Shown piece by piece: positions 25,726-34,677 of a stretch of 44,579 nt of DNA (position 1 is the first letter of the stretch; each line of letters opens with the position of its first letter). The stretch is taken from assembly GCA_964531505.1 (NCBI GenBank), contig CAZHDT010000001.1, forward strand, positions 1-44,579, given 5' to 3'. The notes beneath the pieces were generated by a model. That model saw only the letters and a program-made list of their open reading frames with translations. It was not told the DNA's origin and searched no databases. Made by a program: the position numbers and the translations under genes. This DNA comes from an uncultured Gammaproteobacteria bacterium (lineage in GTDB: Bacteria; Patescibacteriota; Patescibacteriia; UBA2591; UBA6264).

Positions 25726-26589
25726 GTGAAAAGAATATTTTTAAAAATTTATCGTTTATTTGTATTGGTTAGTATTTTAGTTTTATTATTTTGGCTTTGC
25801 CAAAAGAATGTGGTGACGGGGGGAAAACTTTTTATTGAACGAGATTTTTGTAATCAATCCCGTTTTATTAGCAATTTTTATCCAGAAGAAAGAGTTGGGG
25901 AAACAGAGAAGGAGAGGGGTGAATGTTTTCAAAAAGTTTTTGTTGAACCGGCTTATTTTAAGATTAAGATACCGAGAACTTTTGAACGGGCAAAAATTAG
26001 AATATTTTTTCAAAATTTTGATCAAGAAAATTTACAATTAGGATTGATAAAGAAAAGGGAATTTCCTTTGGATTGGCGATTTACTTTAAAACCATTAGAA
26101 AATAAAACCTTAGATTATTTGAACTGGTTTAGATTGTCAGAACAGGGGATTACTCTATGGCAAAAAGAAAAAGAGTTTGACCGCATTTATGATTTTGTAA
26201 ACAATCTTCCTAAAGATAAAAAAATTGGCACATTTTTTTATGATTTTAGTCCGGAAATAAAAAATGGTTTTGATAATATAAAAAAATGGAATTTACAAGA
26301 TTCGATTAACAATTTTGATTATTTAATCGCCGACTATCAGTCTCCTCAGCAAGAAAATAACTGGAAAATGTCAGAAATAGATTTTTTAGTAGGAAAAGAA
26401 TATTTAAACGAACATGCTTTAGAATTTATGATTTCCGCTCCGGGCTTAACGGACCATCGTTATGAGATAAAAATTAAGAAAATTGAAGTGGAATTAATTA
26501 GGCCGGAAGCGAATTGGCAAAGCTTCATTTTTGATTTAAAAGACTATTTATTAAGAAAAATACAAAATGTTAAAGAAAAAATCAGTTAA
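25726..26589 (+). CDS. N-terminally anchored extracytoplasmic protein, unknown function
   Basis: GTG start, one N-terminal TM segment, no recognisable family. Same operon. Confidence 0.55.
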   Translation: MKRIFLKIYRLFVLVSILVLLFWLCQKNVVTGGKLFIERDFCNQSRFISNFYPEERVGETEKERGECFQKVFVEPAYFKIKIPRTFERAKIRIFFQNFDQENLQLGLIKKREFPLDWRFTLKPLENKTLDYLNWFRLSEQGITLWQKEKEFDRIYDFVNNLPKDKKIGTFFYDFSPEIKNGFDNIKKWNLQDSINNFDYLIADYQSPQQENNWKMSEIDFLVGKEYLNEHALEFMISAPGLTDHRYEIKIKKIEVELIRPEANWQSFIFDLKDYLLRKIQNVKEKIS

Positions 26590-26788
26590 ATTTGTTTATT
26601 ATTTTTTTCGCGATTTGTTTTTTGCTTCCGGATTTTGTTTTTTGCTTCTTTTAATAGTTGAGGATATTCAACCCGGTTTTGTCAGCTTTTGGTTGGATTT
26701 TAAATATTTTTTAATATTTTGTTTTTTAACCGGCATTTTGGCTTTATTTACATCTAAAGAAAAAAATGTTATAATTAAAAAAATATGA
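26567..26788 (+). CDS. Small 2-TM membrane protein, unknown function
   Basis: Overlaps the upstream gene by 23 nt and rmuC by 4 nt. Two hydrophobic helices. Confidence 0.45.
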   Translation: MLKKKSVKFVYYFFRDLFFASGFCFLLLLIVEDIQPGFVSFWLDFKYFLIFCFLTGILALFTSKEKNVIIKKI

Positions 26789-27837
26789 ATAGCCTGCAAT
26801 TTTTTATTTTAATTTTTATTTTTATCGGCGGTCTTTTAATAATCGCTTATTTTTTGAATAAAAAATTTAAACAGTTTGAGGGTGGGAAAGAAGAGCAACA
26901 AAATCAGGGAATTATGATGTTGCAAAATCAATTAGGGGAAATTAGGCAAAGTGTAGAGTCGCAATATAAACAAAGTGTTGAGTTAACTAGAAATTTTACT
27001 GAAAAGTTAAGCAAGCTCGACCAAACTAATCAGCAGGTAGTTAATTTTGCCGACCAATTGCAAAACCTTCAGGATATTTTAAAAAATCCAAAACAAAGGG
27101 GAATTTTAGGCGAGTATTTATTGGAATCAGTTTTAAAAAATGTTTTACCCCCTAAAATTTATCAAATGCAATATAATCTTGGCCGAGATGAAAAAGGGGA
27201 AAAAGATTTAATTGTTGATGCGGTTATTTTTATCAAGGACAAGATTTTACCAATTGATTCAAAATTTTCTTTGGAAAATTATAACCGCTTAGTCAATGAA
27301 CATGATTTAGAAAAGCAAAAACAATTGGAAAAGTTATTCAAGCAAGATTTAAAGAATCGGATTGACGAAACAGCAAAATATATTCAACCCTCAAAAAATA
27401 CTTTTGAATTTGCTTTTATGTTTATTCCTTCTGAAACAATTTATTATGATTTATTGGTGAGTCAAATCGGCGCGATTAAAACCGTTTCCCATGATTTGAT
27501 TGAATATGCTTTTAAGAAAAAAAAGGTAATTATCGTTTCTCCCACTACTCTTTTAGCTTATTTACAAATGGTTTTACAGGGTTTGCGTTCGTTGCAGATT
27601 GAGGAATCTACCAAAGAGATTCAAAAAAATGTGGAAGAACTCGGCCGGCATATTATTAAATATGATATTTTTCTCCAGAAATTGGGCAATAATTTAGGAA
27701 CAACAGTTAATGCTTTTAATGCGGCGCATCAGGAATTTAAAAAAATAGATAAAGATGTATTTAGAATTGCTGGTAAAGGTAAAAGTGAAATTGAACCGCT
27801 TTCTATTGCCAGGCCTAAAATAATTGATGGAAAATAA
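26785..27837 (+). CDS. rmuC: DNA recombination protein RmuC
   Basis: N-terminal TM, coiled coil, then RG..GE..LE..L, D..I.......PIDSKF and FMFIPSE family blocks. Confidence 0.88.
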   Translation: MNSLQFFILIFIFIGGLLIIAYFLNKKFKQFEGGKEEQQNQGIMMLQNQLGEIRQSVESQYKQSVELTRNFTEKLSKLDQTNQQVVNFADQLQNLQDILKNPKQRGILGEYLLESVLKNVLPPKIYQMQYNLGRDEKGEKDLIVDAVIFIKDKILPIDSKFSLENYNRLVNEHDLEKQKQLEKLFKQDLKNRIDETAKYIQPSKNTFEFAFMFIPSETIYYDLLVSQIGAIKTVSHDLIEYAFKKKKVIIVSPTTLLAYLQMVLQGLRSLQIEESTKEIQKNVEELGRHIIKYDIFLQKLGNNLGTTVNAFNAAHQEFKKIDKDVFRIAGKGKSEIEPLSIARPKIIDGK

Positions 27838-27842
27838 TTTTT

Positions 27843-28982
27843 ATGAAAAAGACAGATTTTAGTTTTATTAAAGCGACATCAATTTTAATCGGCACCATTG
27901 TAGGTGCCGGTATTTTTAGTTTGCCTTATGCTTTTTCAAAAAGCGGTTTTATAGTAGGGATAGTTTACCTCTTATTATTATCTTTAGTTTTCTTAATTAT
28001 TAAAAATTGTTATGCTGAAGTCATTTTAAGGACCAATCAGGAGTTAGAAATGGCTGGTTATGTGGAAAAATATTTAGGCCGTAAGGGGAAGATTTTAATT
28101 ACTCTTTCTTTGATTTTAGGAATTTACGGGGCTTTGGTCGCTTATGTCATCGGAGTGGGAGGATTTCTTCATTCTTTACTTAATCCTGTTTTAGGAGGCA
28201 GTCAAATTTTTTGGTCAGTTCTTTTTTGGGGATTAGCAAGTTTGCTGGTTTTAAAAGGCATTGGCATTATTGGCAGTTTAGAAGTAATAATGGCATTGGG
28301 ATTAAGTTTTATGGTTTTTTTTGTTTTAGGGTTGGCGTTTCCATATCTTAATTTTGATAATTTAAAAACCTTTGAATTAAACAATTTATTTTTTCCATAT
28401 GGCGTAGTGCTTTTTGCTTTGGGTGGCGCTTCGGCCATTCCTACGGTAAGAAGAGTTTTGGGAGATAAAGTTCATTTATTAAGAAAATTGATGGCTTTGG
28501 GAGTATTTATTCCTGTTTTAATTTATCTTATTTTTTGTTTTGTTGTGGTTGGGGTGAGCGGATTAAATACAACCGAAACAGCATTGGTCGGGCTGGCTAA
28601 TTTTACAAACGGGAAAATTTTATTAATTGGCGGTTTATTCGGTATTATGGCAATGACGACTTCTTTTCTTTCATTGGGTTATATTTTAAGAGAGCTTTTT
28701 CATCGAGATTATAAAATTCCTTTGCTACCTGCTTGGATTTTAACTGTTTTTATTCCTTTAATTTTTTATCTTTTAGGTTTGAGAAATTTTATTATCGTGG
28801 TTAGTTTTGCAGGAGGGGTTTTATCAGGATTACAAGGAATTATTCTAATTCTTACTTATTATCAAGCCAAAAAAAAGGGAGACCGCAAACCAGAAATAAG
28901 TTTTAATTTGCCGAAGTCCCTTGCTTATATCATTTATTTGATTTTTATTTTTGGCATTATTTATCAATTTATTTATGTTTAA
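27843..28982 (+). CDS. Amino acid permease (aromatic/Trp-Tyr permease-like, ~11 TM)
   Basis: GT.VGAGIF.LPYA N-terminal signature and the hydrophobic profile. Confidence 0.7.
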   Translation: MKKTDFSFIKATSILIGTIVGAGIFSLPYAFSKSGFIVGIVYLLLLSLVFLIIKNCYAEVILRTNQELEMAGYVEKYLGRKGKILITLSLILGIYGALVAYVIGVGGFLHSLLNPVLGGSQIFWSVLFWGLASLLVLKGIGIIGSLEVIMALGLSFMVFFVLGLAFPYLNFDNLKTFELNNLFFPYGVVLFALGGASAIPTVRRVLGDKVHLLRKLMALGVFIPVLIYLIFCFVVVGVSGLNTTETALVGLANFTNGKILLIGGLFGIMAMTTSFLSLGYILRELFHRDYKIPLLPAWILTVFIPLIFYLLGLRNFIIVVSFAGGVLSGLQGIILILTYYQAKKKGDRKPEISFNLPKSLAYIIYLIFIFGIIYQFIYV

Positions 28983-30051
28983 ACAAAAAACAATTTTAGT
29001 TTTTAATGCCGGGAGCACTTCCTTGAAGTATCAAATTTTTCAAGAGAAAACTTTGCGAGTTTTAGCAAAGAAAGATTTTTCTAATTTGAATTATAAAAAG
29101 AATGACCACTTAACAGTTTTTAATAAAATATTGCAAGAAATAGGAGATTTAGATTTAATAAAAATTGTCGGACATCGCATTGTTCATGGGGGGACAAAGT
29201 TTAATCAGTCGACCCTGCTAATTTCTCGAACAGTTAAAGAAATTTCAAAATTCAATCATTTAGCCCCATTGCATAATCCTTATGCTTTGAAAATTTTAGC
29301 TCTGGCGCAAAAATATTTTTTAAAAACTCCTCACTTAGGAGTTTTTGATACTTCCTTTTTCTCTTCTTTGCCCGATAAGGCAAAAATTTATGCCATACCT
29401 TTAAAATATTATCAAAAGGAAGGAATTCAAAGATTCGGTTTTCATGGCATTTCTCATTATTATTTAGCAGAACAAGCGGCAAAGAAATTAAATAAAAAGC
29501 TCACTGAAATAAATTTAATCACTTGTCATTTGGGAGGGGGAGCCAGTATTACCGCCATTAAAAATGGAAAAGCGGTTGATACCAGTATGGGCATGACACC
29601 CTTGGAAGGTTTAGTAATGATGACGCGCGCTGGCGATATTGATCCTGGTTTAATTTTTCATTTAATTAAAGAAAATAAATTATCCCAAGAAAAGGTTTAT
29701 GATTTACTTAATTATGAGTCGGGAATTAAAGGTTTATCAAATCAAACAAATTTTTTAAACCTTTTAACCAAGGTTAAACAAGGGGAAGCTAAATCAAAAT
29801 TGGCATTGGAAATATTTATTTATCGAATCCAAAAATATATTGGCGCTTATTTTGGCATTTTAGGAAAAGTAGACGCGATTGTTTTTTCCGGGGCTATCGG
29901 CGCTGGTGATTATTATACTGTGCGGAAAATTAAAAAAGGATTTAAGATTTTAGACCAAGTAAAAATTTTAAGAATAAAAACGGATGAAGAAAGGGCAATT
30001 GCTAAAGAATGCGAGATTTTTTTAAATAAAAAAATATTTTCTAAAAATTAA
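28975..30051 (+). CDS. ackA: Acetate kinase
   Basis: ILVFNAGSTSLKY, HRIVHGG, FGFHG.SH, HLG.G.S...I..G...DTSMG.TPLEG..M..R.GDIDP. ATG 28975 preferred over the TTG at 28951. Confidence 0.9.
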   Translation: MFKQKTILVFNAGSTSLKYQIFQEKTLRVLAKKDFSNLNYKKNDHLTVFNKILQEIGDLDLIKIVGHRIVHGGTKFNQSTLLISRTVKEISKFNHLAPLHNPYALKILALAQKYFLKTPHLGVFDTSFFSSLPDKAKIYAIPLKYYQKEGIQRFGFHGISHYYLAEQAAKKLNKKLTEINLITCHLGGGASITAIKNGKAVDTSMGMTPLEGLVMMTRAGDIDPGLIFHLIKENKLSQEKVYDLLNYESGIKGLSNQTNFLNLLTKVKQGEAKSKLALEIFIYRIQKYIGAYFGILGKVDAIVFSGAIGAGDYYTVRKIKKGFKILDQVKILRIKTDEERAIAKECEIFLNKKIFSKN

Positions 30052-30080
30052 TTGGCAAGAGATTTTAATTTAAATTAACA

Positions 30081-30947
30081 ATGAAATTGTTGGAAAATTT
30101 TGATTATTATAAAAATAAAGCGAGAGACTTAATGGAAGAGTCAATTATTCTAAATATCCGCCCTTTGGACAAGGTGGAAACGGGCAAATTGGAAGCCTTT
30201 TTTAATTTAACAAAAAGCGAAAAATTTTTAGAAGTTTTATCTTTAATAAAAGATATTTTACCGAAAGATTTTTTGAATAAATTAAATTGTCGGGAGAAAA
30301 TATATGATTCAAGCGAATTGCCGTTTGACCCTGAAAAATTTAGTTTTGAAGGCTTAAAAAGTTATGGCGGGGCAGTAAGAGTTTATCTTTTAAAAAGTTT
30401 GGAAAATAGATTGCCGTCTTACGCCTTAAAAATATTTAGGGACAGTTATATTAAGAAGTTTTTTGAAAATTCCGATGAAGCGGCTAAATTGTTTAAAGAG
30501 GAAGTGGAGGAAATTAAAAAATGGTATTCAGATGATTTACATGATATTTTTCTTCCCGAATACATTATTAAATTAAAGAGTCCATCAAGCAAGAAAGAAT
30601 CTTTAGCCATTCTCCAACCTTATCAAACGGGCGAGATTATTGATGTTTTCGAAGAAATTAAAAAAGAAGATTTAATTAAATTATTAAAAGAAAACTTGGA
30701 TTTTCAAAAAACTTTTTTAAATTTTATTACTCAGACCGTAAAGCATGTTGAGAAGACTGAAGAAATTCTTGATTTTTTGGGCAATAAAAATTTATCAATT
30801 ATTATTAATCAGGAGAAAAAACCGAAGTTGATAGTATTGGACCCGCATCATATTTTTAAAACCAGCGATAAACAAAATCATTGTGGAGAAAGATGCGCAA
30901 AAAGAATAGACTATCTTAAAAGTGTTGCTCAAGAATTATTAAAATAA
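30081..30947 (+). CDS. Hypothetical protein with weak protein-kinase-like motif order
   Basis: YGGAVRVY...YALKIF...EEVEEIK...ILQPY...LDFLGNKNL...LIVLDPHH. Last gene of the operon. Confidence 0.55.
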   Translation: MKLLENFDYYKNKARDLMEESIILNIRPLDKVETGKLEAFFNLTKSEKFLEVLSLIKDILPKDFLNKLNCREKIYDSSELPFDPEKFSFEGLKSYGGAVRVYLLKSLENRLPSYALKIFRDSYIKKFFENSDEAAKLFKEEVEEIKKWYSDDLHDIFLPEYIIKLKSPSSKKESLAILQPYQTGEIIDVFEEIKKEDLIKLLKENLDFQKTFLNFITQTVKHVEKTEEILDFLGNKNLSIIINQEKKPKLIVLDPHHIFKTSDKQNHCGERCAKRIDYLKSVAQELLK

Positions 30948-30992
30948 ATTTTTATATTTTTTGAAAAAGATATAAAGAAATCTATTAGACAG

Positions 30993-31020
30993 AATCGCTT
31001 AATATAATTAAGCGATTTTT
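30993..31020 (+). terminator. Rho-independent terminator
   Basis: aatcgcttaat-ata-attaagcgatt perfect palindrome followed by ttt. Confidence 0.65.
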
Positions 31021-31054
31021 GCATTAAAAGTTTTCCACAGCCTTTATTTGCTTT

Positions 31055-31135
31055 GTGGGAAGAAATGGTATATAATATATTTGTTGTGGACACCTGTGGA
31101 TAAAAGTGGGGAAAAGTTAAGCAACCTGTGGATAA
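31055..31135 (+). promoter_or_regulatory. mraZ promoter with a GTGG direct-repeat operator array
   Basis: TGgTATATAAT at 31066-31076. GTGG at 31086, 31096 and 31106 with exact 10-bp phasing, plus 31055 and 31128. Consistent with MraZ autoregulatory repeats. Confidence 0.6.
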
Positions 31136-31155
31136 CTAAATTTAAGCAATTTTAT

Positions 31156-31587
31156 ATGTTTATCGGCGAATATCACTATTCAATAGATGATAAAAATAGA
31201 CTGGGAATTCCGGTTAAATTTCGATCAGAGCTTTTAAAAGGAGCAGTGGTCACTCGCGGAATAGATACCTGTCTTTTTTTATTTTCTCAAAAAGAATGGG
31301 AAAAGTTAGCTGCTAAATTAGCGGAAATGCCAATTAGTCAATCAAAACCAAGGGCCTTTGCCAGATTAATGTTGGCTGGAGCAATGGATGTTGCTCCTGA
31401 TAAACAAGGAAGAATTAATCTGCCAGATTATCTTCGCCAATATGCCGGAGTAGGAAAAAAGGTGGTAGTTGCTGGTTTATATAATCGTTTGGAAATTTGG
31501 GATGAAAATAAATGGGAACAATATAAAAAAGAATCAGAAAAGGATAGTTCAAATATTGCGGAAACCTTAGGCGAATTGGGTGTTTAA
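31156..31587 (+). CDS. mraZ: Transcriptional regulator MraZ
   Basis: MFIGEYHYSIDDKNRLGIPVKFR and a second DxxGR repeat (DKQGRINLP). The internal ATG 31156 gives the canonical 143-aa protein. The track start at 31048 would translate the operator array. Confidence 0.9.
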   Translation: MFIGEYHYSIDDKNRLGIPVKFRSELLKGAVVTRGIDTCLFLFSQKEWEKLAAKLAEMPISQSKPRAFARLMLAGAMDVAPDKQGRINLPDYLRQYAGVGKKVVVAGLYNRLEIWDENKWEQYKKESEKDSSNIAETLGELGV

Positions 31588-31613
31588 TTTTAATTGATTA
31601 ACCACTTTAAAAT

Positions 31614-32486
31614 ATGCACATACCGGTTCTTTTAAAAGAAACCTTAGAATATCTTAACCCGCAAAAGGGGAAGAATTTTATCGATGCCACGGTCGGAGAA
31701 GGGGGACATAGTTTTGCTATTTTAGAAAAGATTAGACCGGACGGAAAAATTTTAGGCATTGAAGCCGACCCCAAAGCAAAACAAATTTTGGAAGAAAAAA
31801 TAAAAGAAAGGGGATTGGAAAATAATTTTATTTTAATAAATAATAATTTTGCTCATTTAAAGAAAATCGTTCAGGAAAACAATTTTTTTCCTATTGATGG
31901 CGTTTTATTTGATTTAGGATTATCTTCAAATTTAATTGAAGAAAGTGGCCGCGGTTTTAGCTTTATGCGTCAAGAAATTTTGGATATGAGGTTTAATCCT
32001 CTTCAACAAGATTTAACGGCGGCCCAAATCCTAAGTCAGTATTCCAGCGATGAATTAAGAGATATTTTTAAAAATTATGGCGGAGAAAGGTTTAGTGGAA
32101 GAATTGCTAAAATGATTATTCATAAAAGAAAAAAGGAAAAGATATTATTTACTGATCAATTGGTGAAAATTATTAAAGAATCATTGGGAGGACACTATCA
32201 CATTAAAAGTTTAGCTCGGGTGTTTCAATCTTTACGTATTGTTGTTAATCAGGAACTGGAAAATTTTAAAACCGCTTTGCATGACAGTTTGGACATTTTA
32301 AATCCAGGAGGAATAATCGTTGTTTTGAGTTATCATTCAGAAGAAGACCGGATTGTTAAAAGATTTTTTAAAGAAGAAAAAGATTTAACAATCATAACTA
32401 AAAAACCAGTTATTCCTTGTTTAAACGAGATTAAAAGGAATAGAAGGTCCCGTAGCGCAAAATTAAGGGCGGCGATTAAGAATTAA
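31614..32486 (+). CDS. rsmH: 16S rRNA (cytosine1402-N4)-methyltransferase RsmH
   Basis: HIPVLL.E.L, DAT.G.GGHS, FDLG.SS, the GF.F motif as GFSFM, SYHS.EDR.VK. Confidence 0.95.
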   Translation: MHIPVLLKETLEYLNPQKGKNFIDATVGEGGHSFAILEKIRPDGKILGIEADPKAKQILEEKIKERGLENNFILINNNFAHLKKIVQENNFFPIDGVLFDLGLSSNLIEESGRGFSFMRQEILDMRFNPLQQDLTAAQILSQYSSDELRDIFKNYGGERFSGRIAKMIIHKRKKEKILFTDQLVKIIKESLGGHYHIKSLARVFQSLRIVVNQELENFKTALHDSLDILNPGGIIVVLSYHSEEDRIVKRFFKEEKDLTIITKKPVIPCLNEIKRNRRSRSAKLRAAIKN

Positions 32487-32532
32487 TTAAAAAATATTTT
32501 TATATTTTATCCTATTTTAAAAAAAATAAATT

Positions 32533-32865
32533 ATGACCTTCGCGCAAAAGTTTTTTCAATCAGTAGTTGGCAATGATGCCAAGAAAAAGAGAATATTTTT
32601 TAATGCTTTGGGCCTTTCGTTTTTTTCTCTTTTAATGGTTGTTTATTTATGGCAGATTAATGCCGGAGTAAATAATTGTTTGAAAATAGAGGAAATGGGG
32701 AATAGACTTGAATCATTAAAAAAGGAAAATGAGGAATTAATTAAAAAAACCAGTACTTTAGGTTCAATGACAAATGTCTATGAATTAGTTCAAAGTTTAA
32801 AAATGGTAAAAATAGATCAAATTGATTATCTTTTTGCCACCCAAGAAAGATTTGCTTTGAAATAG
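32533..32865 (+). CDS. FtsL-like cell division protein (single TM plus coiled coil)
   Basis: Position between rsmH and ftsI. One TM helix followed by a heptad-like segment. Confidence 0.55.
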   Translation: MTFAQKFFQSVVGNDAKKKRIFFNALGLSFFSLLMVVYLWQINAGVNNCLKIEEMGNRLESLKKENEELIKKTSTLGSMTNVYELVQSLKMVKIDQIDYLFATQERFALK

Positions 32866-32871
32866 TTTCTT

Positions 32872-34656
32872 ATGAACTGGCGTTTTAAATCAATTTTAGG
32901 GGTTGTTTTTGTTTTAGGTTTTTGTATTATTGCGCGTCTTTTTGAACTTCAAGTTTTAGGCCATAATTTTTTAGGAAATACTGTATATCAAAAAAATATT
33001 ACTCAAGAATTAATTCCGGCAGAACGCGGGAGAATTTTTATTTCTGAAGGAACAAGTCTTTTACCACTGGCAATCAATATTAAAAATTATAATTTAATTG
33101 TTTCACCCAATGAAATTGTTTCTTCGGATATAAAAGTAGAGGATTGGTTAGAAAAAGTTTCCCCTTTTTTGGATATTAAGCATTGGCAGAATCTTTCTCA
33201 AGAACCTTTATTTATTGAGGAGGATGAAGAAACGACTGAGTTTAAAGAAATGTTGAATCGGCTTTCAAAAAAAGATGATTTCTATGAAATTATTAAAAAG
33301 GATTTAATTTTTGAACAAAAAGAGGAAATAGAACAATTAAATTTACCAGGTTTAAGATTTGAAACGATTACCAAACGTTATTATCCGGAAAATAATTTAT
33401 TTAGTCATATAACTGGATTTGTCCGGTCTGAAGAAAATTGCCAAGATGAAGATTGTTTAGGGGGACAAGGACAATACGGTTTAGAAGAATTTTTTAATCA
33501 GGAATTAGCGGGCGAACCAGGGGAAAAAATTGGTGAAAAAGGGAAAAATTTAACTGGACCTACTGATAATTTTATTAAGCTTCCTGAGCGGGGCGTGGAT
33601 TTAGTTTTGACTATTGACCGGACAATTCAGTTTTTTGTATGCCAAACTTTACGTGAGACAATTAAAGAATATCAGGCGGATTCAGGTTCAATTATTATTT
33701 TAAATCCTAAAAGTGGAGAAATAATCGCTTTATGTAATTATCCGGATTTTGACCCGAATAATTATTCTAAAGTAAAAGATTATGCGGTTTATAAAAACGA
33801 AGCAGTTTCTTCCGCTTTTGAACCGGGATCAATCTTTAAAGTAATCACCATGGCGAGTGGGATAGATTCAAAAAAGGTAAGTCCGGAAACTGTTTATTTG
33901 GATAAAGGGCAATTAATTATTAGTGGAGAAAAGATTAGCAATTCTGATAATCGAATTTTTGGTTTACAGAATATGACAGAAGTTTTAGAAAAATCAATCA
34001 ATACCGGCGCTATTTTTGTGGCGCAAAAATTAGGCCGTTCTGGATTTAGAAATTATTTAAAAAAGTTTGGATTCGGCAGTTTGACCCAAATGGAAATTCC
34101 TGATGAATCATCCGGCGATATATCTAATCTTGATGAAAAACAAGAAATATATTTAGCTACTGCTTCTTTCGGCCAGGGAATTATCGTTACTCCGATTCAA
34201 ATGATTAATGCGGTTGCGGCAATTGCTAATCAAGGAAAATTAATGAAACCGCATTTAGTAAAAATGATTATTAAAAATGGTGAAGAGATTCCGATTTCTC
34301 CAAACTTTGTTCGTCAGGTAATATCTCCTTCAAGCGCCGCTACTTTAAAAGCAATGATGACTTCTGTTTGTGAAAATGGATATGGTAGTCGAGCCCGGGT
34401 TAATAATTATTATGTGGGTGGAAAAACTGGCACTGCTCAGGTTCCTCAAGAAAATAGCGCTGGCTATTCTGAAAAAGTAATTCATTCTTTTGTTGGATTC
34501 GCTCCGTCTACTGATCCTCGTTTTGTTGTTTTAATAAAATTTGACAATCCTCAAAACGGTCGTTTTGCCGATTCAACAGCCGCACCAACTTTTAGTAAAA
34601 TTACTGAATTTATTTTAAAGTATTATAACATTCCACCCGACAAAATGAATAAATAA
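32872..34656 (+). CDS. ftsI: Penicillin-binding protein 2B/FtsI-type transpeptidase
   Basis: SxxK (SIFK), SxN (SIN), KTGT motifs. N-terminal TM and PBP dimerisation domain. Confidence 0.9.
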   Translation: MNWRFKSILGVVFVLGFCIIARLFELQVLGHNFLGNTVYQKNITQELIPAERGRIFISEGTSLLPLAINIKNYNLIVSPNEIVSSDIKVEDWLEKVSPFLDIKHWQNLSQEPLFIEEDEETTEFKEMLNRLSKKDDFYEIIKKDLIFEQKEEIEQLNLPGLRFETITKRYYPENNLFSHITGFVRSEENCQDEDCLGGQGQYGLEEFFNQELAGEPGEKIGEKGKNLTGPTDNFIKLPERGVDLVLTIDRTIQFFVCQTLRETIKEYQADSGSIIILNPKSGEIIALCNYPDFDPNNYSKVKDYAVYKNEAVSSAFEPGSIFKVITMASGIDSKKVSPETVYLDKGQLIISGEKISNSDNRIFGLQNMTEVLEKSINTGAIFVAQKLGRSGFRNYLKKFGFGSLTQMEIPDESSGDISNLDEKQEIYLATASFGQGIIVTPIQMINAVAAIANQGKLMKPHLVKMIIKNGEEIPISPNFVRQVISPSSAATLKAMMTSVCENGYGSRARVNNYYVGGKTGTAQVPQENSAGYSEKVIHSFVGFAPSTDPRFVVLIKFDNPQNGRFADSTAAPTFSKITEFILKYYNIPPDKMNK

Positions 34657-34677
34657 TCTTATTATATTTTAAATTAT

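Noticed and set aside
31048-31155. N-terminal 36-aa extension of MraZ from the ORF track
   Set aside because: The extension would translate the promoter and GTGG operator array. The canonical MraZ N-terminus MFIGEYHY starts at 31156.
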